This document shows, piece by piece, positions 37,801 through 52,653 of a stretch of DNA of 64,000 bases. This stretch comes from Stegostoma tigrinum (lineage: Eukaryota), in contig NC_081354.1 in assembly GCF_030684315.1 (NCBI RefSeq), positions 105,582,426-105,646,425 on the forward strand, given 5' to 3'. The number at the start of each line of letters is the position of its first letter. Positions within the stretch are counted from its first letter, which is position 1. The notes under the pieces were generated by a model, which searched no databases, was not told where the DNA came from, and worked only from the letters and a program-made list of their open reading frames with translations. The translations under genes were made by a program, and so were the position numbers.

Positions 37801-38009
37801 TGTTTAGTTCCATACAGCTATTACCCAGTTCAATTGGTTTTAACTGTCTATCATCTGGTTTCTTCATGTGCGTGACTATATTTTTATAAATAGAGACAAC
37901 CTACAGCTTGTTCAAAAAAACTGAAGCCAATGTGAGGGATGTGATTAATATACATGATGCACCTTCTTATCAACACTGAAAGGGATGAAATTTGAGCCAC
38001 TGCTGTTTC

Positions 38010-38336
<327 letters not shown>

Positions 38337-38705
38337 TCAAATATAACCTATATGAAATCTATACAATGCATTAAATTAATTCTAGTTTTATTTTTAAAAC
38401 ATTTATAATATTATTTTCTTACTAGTTTGTCTAGCCTACAACAGACTGCCATTAACTAAAAGGACTGCGAATTCTTGAAGCCCTACAAATTAAAGGAATT
38501 TTGAACTGGACACTTTGAACAAAAATTTTTCTATGTGCCATATTATGATTATGATGATGATAATAAAACTGACTTGAACATTTTAAGTTTATATGTCTTT
38601 TTAAAATAGCAAAATGTCCAAAAGGTATCTGACAACAGCATTATCAAACATGTTTTCACAGCCACATTAGACGATATAGAGAAGATAACTAAATGCTTTG
38701 TCAAA

Positions 38706-38967
38706 TTACCTACTAACCTCATCCCACCTCCTTGACCTGTCCGTCTTCCCTGGACTGACCTATCCCCTCCCTACCTCCCCACCTATACTCTCTCCACCTA
38801 TCTTCTTTTCTCTCCATCTTCGGTCCGCCTCCCCCTCTCTCCCTATTTATTCCAGAACCCTCACCCCATCCCCCTCTCTGATGAAGGGTCTAGGCCTGAA
38901 ACGTCAGCTTTTGTGCTCCTGAGATGCTGCTTGGCCTGCTGTGTTCATCCAGCCTCACATTTTATTA
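38706..38967 (+). mobile_element. Penelope-derived 3' fragment (family A) with 11-bp TSD and hammerhead motif at 38876-38907
   Basis: TSD gctttgtcaaa at 38695-38705 and 38968-38978; CT CTGATGA AGGGTCTAGGCCT GAAACGTC AG. Confidence 0.85.
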
Positions 38968-39978
38968 GCTTTGTCAAAGAAATTGGTTTTAAGGAGGATC
39001 CTAAAAGAGGCTGACAGGGGAGGAAATGCACTGGCTGCTGAAAGCTTAGGGACTCCGTGGTAGAGCAATCACATCGGGGATGATCAGGAAAATTGAAGAT
39101 TTTAAGGGTGAAAGAGATTACAGAAATTGGAAAGGTCAAGACAACAGGGCTGTTAAAACAAGATTAAATAATTTTAAATTGAGGTATTACTTAAAAGGGA
39201 TCTAATATAGATCAGTGAGTGCACAGGGTGATGGGTGTGAATGGGAGTTGATGTGGCTAAGGATTGTAGCTTTGGATAGCCTCAAGCTTAAGGAGAATCC
39301 ACTCTGGTCGGCCAATTAGGAATGCAGGCATAGATAACATTTTCAGAAGCAGTTGAGATGAGGTGAGGTGGAAATCAGCGATCTTAATGAAGGTGTGAAC
39401 ATCCAGTTAGAAGCTTGTCTCAGAGTCAAATATAACACCAAAGTTACTACAGTCTGGTTCAGCCTTAGCTTCTTGCTCAGGAAAGGGATGAAGACAGTAG
39501 TAAATAATATAATTTGTATTTGAAACAGAGGAAGATGACTTTAGTCTTCTGACTATTTAGTGGCAGATTCATTTGCTCATTCAGGACTGGATGTCTCTCT
39601 GCTTGTTGCTTCTGGTTTTTTTTAAATTTAGCTTCTGGTTAAACAATGCCTCAATTTTATATTCTCAACCTGATTTACAAAACCTTTCATAACCTTTTCT
39701 GTTCCAGTTTAGCAGCAAAACATGCATCATAAATACTGCAACAGCTGGTTGGAACAAAACATTACAAACTAGATATCAAATATATTTTAGAAGTTTTTTT
39801 TTAAAAAGGTTGAAATAATAGGCTTTAGTATAAATTATGCTATGTGGTTCAAAGTACTAGTAAAAATGATCTTGTGTATCACCAGAAATTTTTGGTAACA
39901 ACCCAAATTGCTAAATGTGGTCTGTTCTTGCTGATGTTATTGTTTCATTAAATGACTATTGAATAGTTACATAATTAC

Positions 39979-40163
39979 CTGAATGCTTTGACCTGAGAAA
40001 CTGCAGATGGCAATTCCTTGTTTCTTAAAGTTTCAATGAGCGAGTGAATAGCAATCTCTGTGCATGTCTGCAGGGCTTCAGGAACTTCAACTTCATTACT
40101 GAAATCTTCTGCCTCTTTCAGGCTGGCTTCCAACCAAGCCAGTTCCTCTGACATATTTATAAC
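39979..40163 (-). CDS. FRYL: FRYL penultimate exon
   Basis: ttttcag|VINMSEELAWLEASLKEAE...EIAIHSLIETLRNKELPSAVSQVKAF AG|gtaatt; phase 2 joins the last exon (AG|A = Arg). Confidence 0.93.
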
Positions 40164-43029
40164 CTGAAAATGAATAAAAATGAGAATTTAGGATTTCAAT
40201 TTTATTCCTGAGAGAGTTTTTAAATTAATACTACCATATATTACAGATTATTCTGTAAACAACTTGAAGAACAATAGTAATTTAGTCTTCAAAACATGAT
40301 GTTTCTCATTTCTATCAGATGACAACTGAATGATGGACACAATCTCCATACATAATTTGTAAAATGGAAATGAAATATATGTATTGCACTATTACAATAA
40401 TTCAGTGAACATTTACTTTTGGACCCATTGTTAATCCATTCTTTGTCACCCGCGCTGTTGACTGCCAGATCAGGAGCATAACCAGCAACTGATACATACT
40501 ATGGATGTCAGCAGGCAAAAATTAGCCTCTTTCTGACTGATCAGGAAATAGCTACTCTTATACAAAAACTATTAGTGCTATTAGCCGCAAGGAGAAAATG
40601 GGGATAATCAATACCGGTTTGTGTTCTGTACAAATACCAGGCATCTGTGTTCCCAGGTTTCTTTTGACATCATTTGCACCGCAGGGATCGTAGATATCAC
40701 AAAAGGGTAATGTAGCCAAGTGATTGTGGTTACTGGACAAGTAAGAAACCATGAGTTTAAATCTCATTTGAACCAACTGATTTTGTGTCCTGCACTACAA
40801 AAGCTGCTGAACTGTTGTAAAAACATTAGTGAGTCATTGTGCCTTTCAGGGAATGTTGTTTGACATCCCCGTAGGACTGGCTTGCATATAGATCCAGTAC
40901 CATACACCATCCTTCACTCAGAATGTCCACTGAATTCATTAACAAAGCATCAGTTGTAAATATTAGCTCTGCAAGTTCAACAATAGACAAATAAGGTGAT
41001 AACTCTATCATTATATCAGGGTAAGTTTAAGATGAGTTCAACCCAGTCAACTTCACAAAGTCTTCCTCACTAATGTGTGATGATTGGTGCCCATGTCAGA
41101 ATAGTCTGACAAAGACCTACCGACAGAATCTTATGAATCACCATGGTTCCTCATCATGTTTCCCAAATATGTCCCGTCATACTTGCAGGCAGATGGGCCA
41201 GACGTTGGAGTCAAGTGACAGTCAATATTACCTCAGGAACATCATCGTCAATAAAACCTCCATGTAAATAGAATCTCACATGCAATCCCACAATCTGTTA
41301 GATTGTTATTCCATGTTAATTATCACTTCAAAACTTGCAAGATACAGAATGCATGATGGATGTGTCATTCAAAGACCAAAGTGATGAAATAGTCCTTATT
41401 ACTTACAAGCATTGGCTGAAGATCACAAATGTCATACTGGGATTGGTAAAAGTAAATAAGTAATAAGTAAATAAGTGATAAGTAAAATCAACAGGAGGAA
41501 ACTTATTTGAATTTGTTGTCACTAATCTACCTGCCACAGACATATATATTCATCACAGCATTGTAGAGATACTGAATAGTTCTTGTCAGGTCAAAAACAC
41601 AACTCCACGAGGATATCCTTCATTGTTCAATGTGTCACCACAAAAATGCTCAGGTGATATGGAACAAGAACAGATCTAGAAACCCAAAACTGATTCTCTA
41701 AAAAGGCATCGGATATATTAACAACGTCGTATTGTATACATGGGATCTGTACCCCTACTTCCCGGCACGTTATACTCCATGTTCGAAACAGGGAATAAAT
41801 TGTACCTCACTTCACGTGTAGAATGTTGTACCGGATGTGGTAAGGAGGCTACCTAATAGGAAACATCATAAGCCTGAATGCATGTCAAACACTAAACAAT
41901 GACCAAAGATAGAGTTAAATTGTTCACTCTACCAATGTATCAGCAAAAATGTTTGGAGTGATACTGCATTTAGTCAAGAATGTTGATTGTCATTCAGACA
42001 ACTGACGGTAGAAGCTGGTCCTACGAATGACCAACTGTTTCCTTAACTGCAGTGGAGGTCAGGATTCTTGCAAACGCAAGGTTGAAGCTTTTGCAAGAAG
42101 CTGGATTCAAAAAAAATTGAATAAATGTTATACTCTGCCTCTTCTCAAGGATGCCACCATCATAGACAGTCCAGTTAATTTAGTTCATCAATGTAAGAAG
42201 CAAATAAATGAATTGGAAGCATCAAATGTTATGGAGCTTGATAACATTCCAAGTGTTGTATCGAAGACCTGCCTTACTGACTGCTCTCTACAGCCTAGAT
42301 ACGGTCAGCAATATTTGTTTTAGCTTCAACTCTGTTCAGACTCTTTACAGTACAGGTCAACAAGATTATCTTTCATTCCTTGAAACTCCAAAGAGTGTAG
42401 GCCCAATTTAATCAACTTCTTCTCAAAAGACAATTCCTCCTAGAAATCAATTTATTGACTCTTCTCTGAATTATGAAACTAAATGTAGGGATGTCCAAAG
42501 AAACTTGGGGTTTCTGGTGCATAGACAAGAATCCAGATAACTAATGAAATACTGGCCTTTATATCTGGGGGACTGGAGTGTAAGAATGCAGAGTATACAA
42601 AACCCTGGTTGGACACTACTTAGAGTACTGTAAGCAGATCTGGGCACCATGTCTTAGGAAGATATATTGGCCTTGGAGGGAGTGCAAGATATTTTTACAA
42701 TGATGCTGGGATTTCACAGATCAAATTTGAGAGATTATACAAATTAGGCATGTTTTAACTAGAATTTAGAAGGAGTGATCCGATTGAAATCTTCTAGATA
42801 TTATCAGGAAAAGACAGGGTGAATAAACTATTTCCAATGGTTAGGGATTCTAGAACCAGAATTAGAATGAGAATTAGAACCAGACCAAGCAACTCTGAGG
42901 AACCAAACAATTTGCAGTTATATGGAGTCCTGTCATGCCCCAAGCTTCCCAAATGTCTTTAATCAGAGAATGTCCTGGAACTTACTACCATATCACGTGG
43001 TAGTAGTGATAGCAAATGCATTGATAATT

Positions 43030-43240
43030 AGAAGTTGCTGGAAAACCTCAGCAGCTCTGGCAGCATCTGTGAAGAAAAAAAATAAGATTTAATGTTTCAG
43101 ATCCAGTGGTGCTTCTTCAGAATTGATGGTACGTTAACTCTGATTTTTTACTTCACAGATACTACTAGACCTGCTCAGCTTTTCCAACAAATTCTGCTTT
43201 TGTTCCTGATTTACAGCATCTGCAGTTCTTTTGGTTTTTA
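43030..43240. mobile_element. Short palindromic Penelope-derived element (family D)
   Basis: gttgctggaaaacctcagcagctctggcagcatctgtgaag mirrored by cttcacagatactactagacctgctcagcttttccaac; same terminus as the element at 44060. Confidence 0.65.
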
Positions 43241-44057
43241 TTTAGCATAGATAAATTTGTAAGGAGAAAACATGCTAATGAGATGGTGTACAACGGGTGG
43301 AGAATCATGTGCAGCAAAGCTGTTACTGCATTGAAAATTCGAAACAATTCTCCGTAAATAAGTTTTGCCTCAGTAGTTATTTTGAAATCTGAAGACTCTA
43401 AAGAAGGTAAAGCTACCTTAATGATGCTCAGTCTTTACAGTATTTAGACAAGTAATCACACTAATTCACATTATTTAAAATTGCAACTATAGTTTTACAA
43501 CATTCAACCCATCTACTTTTTTGAATGAAACTATCTGCTTCCCAGCTTACTCCCACATGAAAAATTATTGGCAAAATTGAGATAGGATTAAGGTCATGTT
43601 GTGGGAATGCCAACACATTCAACTTCCTTGTCTTTTCACACATCACAATTTGAATACATCATTACAGTTATGGAATTCAGGAAAAGGACCGTGAGGAACT
43701 TGCAGTTTTATAAAAGAAATGGAGAGGTATTGGGGCTCTGTCAGGCTTAAAATTGGACAAAAACCCTAGCCCAAATGAATGGCATCCCAGGCTGCTGTGG
43801 GAAGTGAGCCAGGAAATTACAGAGGCTCTGAGACAAATTTTTAATTCCTCTGTGGCCACAGGGGAGTTGCCAGAGGACTGCAAGACAACTAGTGTGGTTT
43901 TACTTTCTAAGAAGGGTGGTAGAAATGAACCAAAAAATTACAGACTGAGTCTCATGTCAGTGGTAGGGAAATTATTCAGGAATATTCTGGAGTGAATTAA
44001 TACCTACTTGGAAAGGCAGGGATTAATTAGGAAAGTCAGCATGACTTTGTCAGAATC

Positions 44058-45047
44058 ATAAAAACCAAAAGAACTGCAGATGCCCAAATCAGGAACAAAA
44101 TCAAAATTGCTAGAAAAGCTCAGCAGGTCTGGCAGTGTCTGTGGAGAAGAAAACAGTTAACGTTTTGGGTCCGGTGACCCTTCCTCTGAACTGATGGTGG
44201 CTGGAAAAATGTCAGTTCATATGCAGAAAATAGGGAGGTGGGTGGGCTAGGGAGTAAACAATGAGACAGAGCCCAAAGAGAGAGAAAGACAGTTGGACAG
44301 ACAAATGAGTTGCTAACGATCAGGCTGGGAGGGTGAATAGTTGTTAATGGGGACTGTTAGCGACTAACAACAGGGGGTGTGTAGCGGCAGGCTATGTGGT
44401 AACAAGGGGTAGGGGGCTGGGACATGGGAAAGTTTAGACCCTAAAATTACTGAACTCAATATTGAGTCAGGAGGGCTGTAGGGTCCCCAAGTGGAAAATG
44501 AGGTGTTCTTCTTTCAGCTTTCATTGGGCTTCACTGGAACACTGTAGCAAGCCGGAGACAGACATGTTGGCCAGGGAGCGAGGTGGTGCATTGAAGTGGC
44601 AGGCAACAGGTAGTTTAGGGTCTTTTTTGCAAGCAGAATGAAGATGTTCAGCGAAGCGGTCGCAGAGTCTATGCTTCATTTCCCCAATGTAGAGGTAGCA
44701 GAAATGGTGTCTGATCATCAGCCATTTCTGCCACCTCCAGCAAGATGCCACCACCAGACACACATTTCCCTTCCCTCCCTTATCTGCCTTTTGCAGGGAT
44801 TGTTCCCTCCGGGACACCCTGGTCCACACTTCCTTCACTCCAAACACCTCCCCACAGCACCACGGCACCTTCCCCTGTAACCAATGAAGATGCAACGCCT
44901 GCCCATTTACCTCCTCCCTCCACAGTATCCCATGGCCCAAACATATCTTCCAAGTGAAGCAACACTTCACCTGCACTTCCAAGAATCTAGTCTACTGCAT
45001 TCGCAGCTCACAATGTGGTCTCCTCTACGTTGGGGAAACGAAGCGTA
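44058..45047 (-). mobile_element. Penelope-like element (family D) with an inverted 5' segment
   Basis: Minus strand 44058-44700 encodes LYIGE.K.RL.DRFAEH...VACHFN. The upstream part (44715-45047) is on the plus strand and ends in an inverted copy of the LYIGE segment. Degenerate hammerhead core at 44157-44195. Confidence 0.78.
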
Positions 45048-47220
45048 GTAGTGTGGCGCAATGATCTCCACATCGCCGAGGCCAGACGCCAGCTCTCTGA
45101 CCCCTCCTGTTATCGCCCCCTTGATCATAATCCCACCCCTAAGCACCAACCATCAACTCCCAAACCATCCACAACCTCATCACCTCAGGTGACCTCCCAT
45201 CCATAGTCTCTAACCTTATTGTTCCCCAACCCTGCACTGCTCACTTCTATCTCCTTCCCAAAATCCACAAACCTGACTACCCTGGTTGACCCATTGTCTC
45301 CGCCTACTCGTGCCCCACCAAACCTATCTGGACTCTATTTTCTCCCCCTTTGTCCAGTAACTCCCTACCTACATCCGTGACACCCACGCTCTCCATCTCC
45401 TCCAGAACATCTAATTCCCGGTCCCCAACACCTCATCTTTACTATGGACATCCACTCCCTATACACCTGTGTTCCTCAAGCAGATGGCCAAAAATGTCCT
45501 CCGCTTCTTCCTGTCCCACACGCCTGACCAGTCCCCCTCCACTGACGTCCTCAGCTGCTTATCCAAACTCGTCCTCACCCTCAACAACTTCTCCTTTAAT
45601 TCCTCAAACTTCCTACAGACAAAGGTGGCGGCCATGTGTACCCGCATGGGCCCAAGCTATGCCTGCCTCTTTGTAGGACACATAGAGCAATCCCTTTTCA
45701 TAGGACACATGGAGCAATCCCTCTTCTGCACCTACACTGGCCCCATCCCCCACCTCTTCCTTTGTTACATTGATGACTGTATCGGCGCTGCCTCGTGTTC
45801 CCACGAGGAGCTCGAACAGTTCATCCACTTCACTAACACCTTCCACCCGAACCTTAAGTTTACTTGGACCATCTCTGACACCTCTCTCTCCTTCCTGGAC
45901 CACTTTGTCTCCATCTCTGGCATCCACCTGGAAACCAATATCCATTTTAAGCCTGGCTCCCACAACTACCTAGAATATTCCTTCTCTCACTCATCTTCCT
46001 GTAAGAAGGCCATTCCCTTTTTCCAATTCCTTCACCTCCACCACATCTGCTCCTGAGATGAGGCATTCCACTCCCGAACATCCCAGATTTCCTCTTTTTC
46101 CAAGAATTGCAACTTCCCCTCACAGTGATCGAAAATGCCCTCGACCGTGTCTCCCACATTACCCGTGACTCATCCCTCACAATCCCTACCCATAATAATA
46201 ACCAAAACAGAAACCCCCTCGTCCTCACACACCACCCCACCAATCTCCAAACCAATGCATCATCCTCCGACATTTCTGCCATCTGCAATCCAACCCCACT
46301 ACCAGACATTTTTCCCTCCACACCCTTGTGCGCTTTCCGGAGGGACCACTCTCTCGGTGACTCCCTTGTCTGCTCCACACTCCTCTCCAGCCCCACGACC
46401 CCAGCACTTCTCCCTGCAACCGCAGGAAGTGCTACACTTACCCCTCTACCGCCCCCCTCACCCCCATCCCAGGCCCTAAGAAGACTTTCCACATAAAACG
46501 GCTGTTCACCTGCACATCAGTTAATGTGATATACTGTATCCACTGCTCCCGTCATGGCATCCTCTACACTGGGGGAAACCAAGCGGAGGCTTGGGGACTG
46601 CTTTGCGGAACATCTATGCTCAGTTCGCAACAAACAACTACACCTCCCAGTCGCGAACCATTTCAACTCCCCCCCTCAACTAACTCCTCGGACGACATGT
46701 CCATCCTGGGCCTCCTGCATTGCCACCATGACGCCACCCGAAAGCTGTGGGAACAGCATCTCATATTTTGCTTGGGAGCCCTGCAGCCCAAGTGTATCAA
46801 TGTGGACTTAACAAGCTTCAAAATCTCCCCTCCCCCGACCACATCCCAAAACCAGCCCAGTTAGTTCCCGGCCCCCTAACCATTCCTCCCACCTCAAGCC
46901 CGGGCCCCATCCCCTACCCACTAACCTTATCCCACCCTCCTTGACCTGTCCGTCCTCCCTGGACCGAACAACCCCTTCCTAACTCCCCACCTACATTTAC
47001 CTTCACTGGCTCTAATGCTCTTTGACCTGTTTGTCTCCTCTCACTCTATCTTCTCCTTTATCCATCTTCTATCCGCCTCCCCGTCTCCCTATTTATTTCA
47101 GAATCCCCTTCCCCTCCCCCATTTCTGAAGAAGGGTCTTGACCCGAAACATCAGCCTTCCTGCTCCTCTGATGCTGCTTAGCCTGCAGTGTTCATCCAGC
47201 TTCACCCTGTGTTATCTCAG
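45048..47220 (+). mobile_element. Decayed Penelope-like retroelement (family A): RT, GIY-YIG and terminal repeat
   Basis: FYLLPKIHK, LVLTLNNFSFN...QTK..AM.T.MGPSYACLF, YIDD, LKFT...FLD, then IYCIHCSR...GETKRRL.D.FAEH; CTGAAGA A GGGTC TT GACCC GAAAC at 47125-47149. Confidence 0.9.
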
Positions 47221-48164
47221 CTGTTCAATGACTTAGTTAGGACAGGAAAGCAGAACAGAGACACACATTCATGTAATCCTGGCATTTGTCACACACAACT
47301 CCACTTCTTCAAGTCTACTATACCATGCCATTCTTCTGTCCAAAATAGTTTGCAGGCGCATCCATCCTTCTCTGTCCATATACTTGATTACATTCCCATC
47401 TGATCATCCATTATAGATACTCATTCTAAGTTTATCTATTGCCATACCTTTTCTTGCAACACCTGTAACAAAGTGTCCAGTCCAACTTTTGCTATATGCT
47501 GTTGCTCTCATTCATGGAGCTCCTGTTTCCGTCTTTGCAGTACAGCACAGGACATAAGGCAGAAAACTTGAAGTGGCTCTCCCACCATCTCATTACTTAC
47601 TAGCAATGCTAGAGGAGGTAGCATTGGATTTACAGAGACTCGGTCTATTTACCTTCTCAGTCGGAGGCTACCTGGCTAACTTCTGACAGAACTAAACAGC
47701 ATATAGACAAACAGTATGCACCATTTACCCTTGATGTTAACTAGTGAGTGAAATATGATCATGTGCGTAATGATCAACATGACAACGGAGAAAACAGTTA
47801 TTCTCAGATTCAAACAGTTTATGCACCAGCTCAGACACAGGTCTCACTGAATTTAGGAAGATAGTCCAGCTTTCAACTGGTGCTTTGTGCATCACCAGTA
47901 AACAAGGGCAGATGATGGAGGTAGGAACAGCACAGTGAAGGAGTCAAGATACCATAACTTCTGCTCATCCGGCTTCAGACGTTGAAACATTGTGACTGTT
48001 GAACAGGAGGACAGAGCAGGAACAAAGGATGTACAATAAACTGGCAAGCCTTCCAGTAGATCAAGATACAAAGATTGGATGAGTGCATCCCAAGTATGAG
48101 TGTTATGCTGTTGACATCCTTGCAACCTTCAGGCTATGGACACTGGTGTCCCAACATTTTTTTA

Positions 48165-48485
48165 TTATTGTCATTCATGAGTCCAAACACTGCTAACTAG
48201 GCCAGATTGCTTAATTGCCTTAATTCTTTATTCCCTAATTGGCCAGAGGAGAGCGAAGTCAAGGAAGAACAACAGATTTCATTCCCTAAGTGACGATGTA
48301 AACAGGATGGGTTTTTCCAACAATTGACAATGGTTGCACAGTGATCATTAGACTCTCAATTGCATTCTGTTTTTATGGAATTTAAATTCCCACTATTTTC
48401 CATGATGGAATATGAATTCACATCCCCAGAATATTGTCTGGATTTCTGGATTAATATCCTAGTGAAAGTACCACTAGCCCCCATG
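48165..48485 (-). mobile_element. Decayed SacSINE-like SINE
   Basis: Diverged reverse complement of 52654-53003. Confidence 0.6.
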
Positions 48486-50362
48486 TCAAGGAAGCTTACC
48501 CTCTAGTTTTATACTTTATCTTGCTCATTTGAGCTGTACTTCTCTGCTTGACTATTGTCTCTCCTGTAGACCAGTAGGCCTATAAGGAACAGGTAGTTAC
48601 CGCTCCTGCTGGTGCTGTCAATGCCACTGGCCATCTTGATCCTGATCTACACTCATGATGGTCACAGTTCCAACGTAGAGGTCATGCAGACAAGATTTCA
48701 AAAGTGGTGAAAATAATATCTCAACATAGATAGTGTCAAACAAGAAATCATCCAAGAGATTTTGGCAATTTTTATCCCCCCAATAGTCTTGTGTTCATTC
48801 CCTCAGTTGTTTCTGTTTTCACCTTGCTTTCATTAGCAAGTTCTGACATTCAAGGTCCAATAGATGAGCCAACTCTCTCATGGGGTCTGCTTAGTTGTGG
48901 TTATATACAGACAAATGCAGAAGTCATTGGGTGGAAGCTGACTTACCCAATGTGTTGTCAATTGCCATGATTTTAAACTTAAATGCACACAGTCCTGCAA
49001 ACTAAAACTTAGTTCTGTTCCTAACACAAGGGAAGAAGCATTGCTCCATTTAGTTCTGGGCAATTAAGTAGAAAAATAACTGATATACAAGCACAAAAAT
49101 TGAGAAATAGCAACCATAATTTCAGTATGGTGTGAAAAATTGAAAGGAGGATACCGAAATCAAAAAGGCAACATGTGAGATAGAAAAGAGATCTAGTCAA
49201 TGAAATTGAGCAGAAATATTAGTAAGCAGTGCAGCAGAAACAAACCTACAAACAGGCAGTAACTACTGTGCAAAATAAAATATGTTTCTGCAAGGTGAAA
49301 CAAGGGTGCATTAAAAAAGTGTTCCACAGATAAACAGAAATTAAACTACCTGAAAAGTAATTGGGAGATATGATACATCTGATGCTTACTAAAGATATTC
49401 AAAAAGCAGATAAATATAAAAAGGAAATTAATGTCAAAGATTTTGTCAGCATTGATCCACTAGACAGCGTCAGAGATGGAAAAGTATTGCTGAGGATTGA
49501 AATGAAAGATCAGAGATTTAAAAGGAATGAAGCAAAAGGATGCCAGATGATCTAAAAGACAATTGTAAGTTATTTTTAAAAACTTTTCAATAAAACAATA
49601 ATTCAAGAGAAGGTAGGAAGATTCAGGAATGAAAGAATGAGTTGAGCTGCAGAGGATGAAGTTTATCATCTTCTTCATGCGAAAATATAATCAATTATTT
49701 TAAATTCTGGTAGAAGTCTAAACAAAGGTTTCTTTAGAGGTGGCAATGGAACAATTAGAGGTAGTTGTTATAAATAAATTGGTTTCAAAAGAAATATTAA
49801 GCCAGACAGTATTGTAGAGACTGCAGCTGCATGTTGTGAGATGTCAATTTCCCAAAGTAGCTGAAACCAAGTGAATTGTACAAGGGGTGAAAATTCTGAA
49901 GGGTAATCCACTACATCAGGTACCTTTCAAAATGCTCCTTAAAGTTGGAAAATTCCAAGAGTTTCAATTCACCTAAGCTTAGTAGTAACCCTGGAAAAAT
50001 TAGAAGATTAAAAACCTGTTCTAATTCTTTATGTAATAATCAAACTGAAATTCTGACTTACCACTGACCTTTGATTACAGCCCATCCCTCGATCTGGACA
50101 CTTCACCCAAGATAATAACCCCTTTCATCCAATCCAACCCAACCACAATACCACTATACACAATAAGACAGGGTTCAGTGCAGAAGTTATCTAAAAGTAA
50201 GTGAGACAGAACTTCCAACTCTAATTGGAATTTCAGGACTATTATCTTTATCTTTATTAAAATTCAAGTTGGATAAGTCATCAAGTAATGACATTACAGA
50301 AAGAAATGGGCATGACACCCAACAGAACACAGATTACAATTTGTGCTAGAAACAACATTTCA

Positions 50363-50479
<117 letters not shown>

Positions 50480-51659
50480 CTAAAAAGAATCAACGTAAGT
50501 GAATTAGCAAATGCACTAAGTTGAAGATTAATCACAGCCAGTTTTCTGCAATGAAATGTTAAAGATGGTTATTTAATAATTGCGAAGAAGTGCCAGCTTT
50601 AAATGAGCTGATACAATGTAAAGCTAACGAAAGGCACGTGAAAGCTGTCATGTGCACTACAGTCATAGTTACAACTTCAGCGTAGTAAGCAAAACATCAG
50701 CCCATTGCTACATCTGATACAAAGAAGCCAACAATACTGAGGCAGACAGCTACCTAACAGTTAGTGAAAAAGAGGTTAAATCTATGACATTCAGAAAACA
50801 TGATAAATCATAGACTATTCCTCAAAATAATTTAAAATCTTACTGCTGAATTGATAGCTACATATTGCATTTCCTATGCATATGAGAGATTTTAAAGTAA
50901 TCTGAAACACTAGGCTAACCAAATTTGTATCCTTTACTTGGTACTAAGTTCAAAATATCAATATTACAGAATATCTGAATGTACTCACTCATTGTCATTA
51001 ACTGCTCCCTTCTCAATGGCAATATCCCTACCAACTGGCATCCACTAGCCAACCATTCAGTATTCTCTTCTTATACAGTACACAAGTTAGTTTCCTCTTT
51101 ACTGGTATTTTTGTGATTTGTCCCATTTAGTGCAAGGTGAAAAGCTTTGATAAGATTTTTTTTCAGCAATACTCAAGATTATGAAGTGAAGAAAATAACC
51201 TGGCTACTGCAGAAACAGCCAGTTTGAATGTGAATCTGCTAAGATCAAAATCTAGGCTAATGACTCAGTGTTTCATCAATATTAGTTCCTCATAATATTT
51301 TACAAGTTTCCAAATGACACACTTTCACTCATTTCACAAGTATTGCAACAATTGCTTTGTACCATCTTTAGGCAATAATTGCTATTCTCAGCCAATGAGA
51401 TTACTAATTGTATAGTATTGAGAAAACACTGTTTCTCAATGTCTTTTTTTGTGTTTGATAAAACATTCTCCTCTTATAAATAGAAAGAAAATTGGAACAA
51501 ATGGCTCCTTCACTGTCAAATATTTTTGGTTTAGATAAATGGGTACCTTTCCTATAAATTACTAAATTCTAAACACCTACTTTAATCGCAGGGTCCAACA
51601 TTCTTTAGAATCCTCACAGATTTTTTCATTATCTTTATTTTATTCTTTTATTAAGTTTG

Positions 51660-52636
51660 AATTATGAGCTGGAAATCACTGGGCTTTGGGTCAGCTTGGG
51701 TTAGAAAGAAAATAACTAACCAGGCAAGGTTTGTTTGCAAGGCTAGGCCTGGAGGCTAACTGAAGGCTGAGCCTTGATTAAACAATTTAACGGACACAGC
51801 AACTTCTGGGAAAAGCATTATGTTTAAACAGATAGCAGAAGTTAGCTATTACAGAAAACAGCACCTGGGAGTTGGTCTGGAGAATACCCTATCTTCAAAC
51901 AGATGGCAGTTGTTGGGGTCTTGGGGAATGTTGATCAATTTATTAGAACAGAACCAGAATTAAAGTTTTTTAAAAACTATTTTTCTAAGAGATGGTTCTG
52001 GGTTACTGTCGAAACATGAAGATTTGAGAGCACCTTGTGTAATCTGATACACGAGGTTCCAGAAGCCCAGAAAAAGGAAAGATGAATTAGAAATTTTGCT
52101 GTTTTTGCCAGGGTGAACTGAGAAGGTGACGTTAAACAATGCATTTTTTAGGACATTTAAGTAATTTGGCAACTTTTTTAATTTTCTTTTATTTATCCCT
52201 TAACTGTTTGTTTGTCTACCTGTCTTTTGTGTGAATGGAGCTACAAACAAACTTTTTTCTGAAGAAGGGTCTACGCCTGAAATGTCAGCCTTCCTGTTCC
52301 TCTGATGCTGCTTGGCCTGCTGTGTTTATCCAGCTCCACACCTTATTATCTCTAGAAACAAATATATTGGGTTTAAAGTACAGACATTACTCAGCTGTTT
52401 AATGTTCTCTCAGCCAAAGGTAGTTAGTATTTAATAAATTAAGTCTTTTATTTAAGATACAAAACTAGTGTTTGGAAATTGATTATGCACAGGGTCTGAG
52501 ATTGGTAATTCAAATATCTGATTAGGAACAATTAGAGTGACTATCTGGGGGTCTTCTACAGTTTAATTTTACTATGTTGCAAATCCAGAAGTAGAAAGGC
52601 TGCATTGATTCAGATACCGGTCTCTGTGACATAACA
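51660..52636 (+). mobile_element. Possible solo LTR (with a small Penelope-derived insert at about 52258-52352)
   Basis: About 1 kb segment starting ttatgag and ending cataaca, with an internal AATAAA near 52433. No second LTR or coding sequence. Confidence 0.3.
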
Positions 52637-52653
52637 GAAAGAAGCTATTTAGG

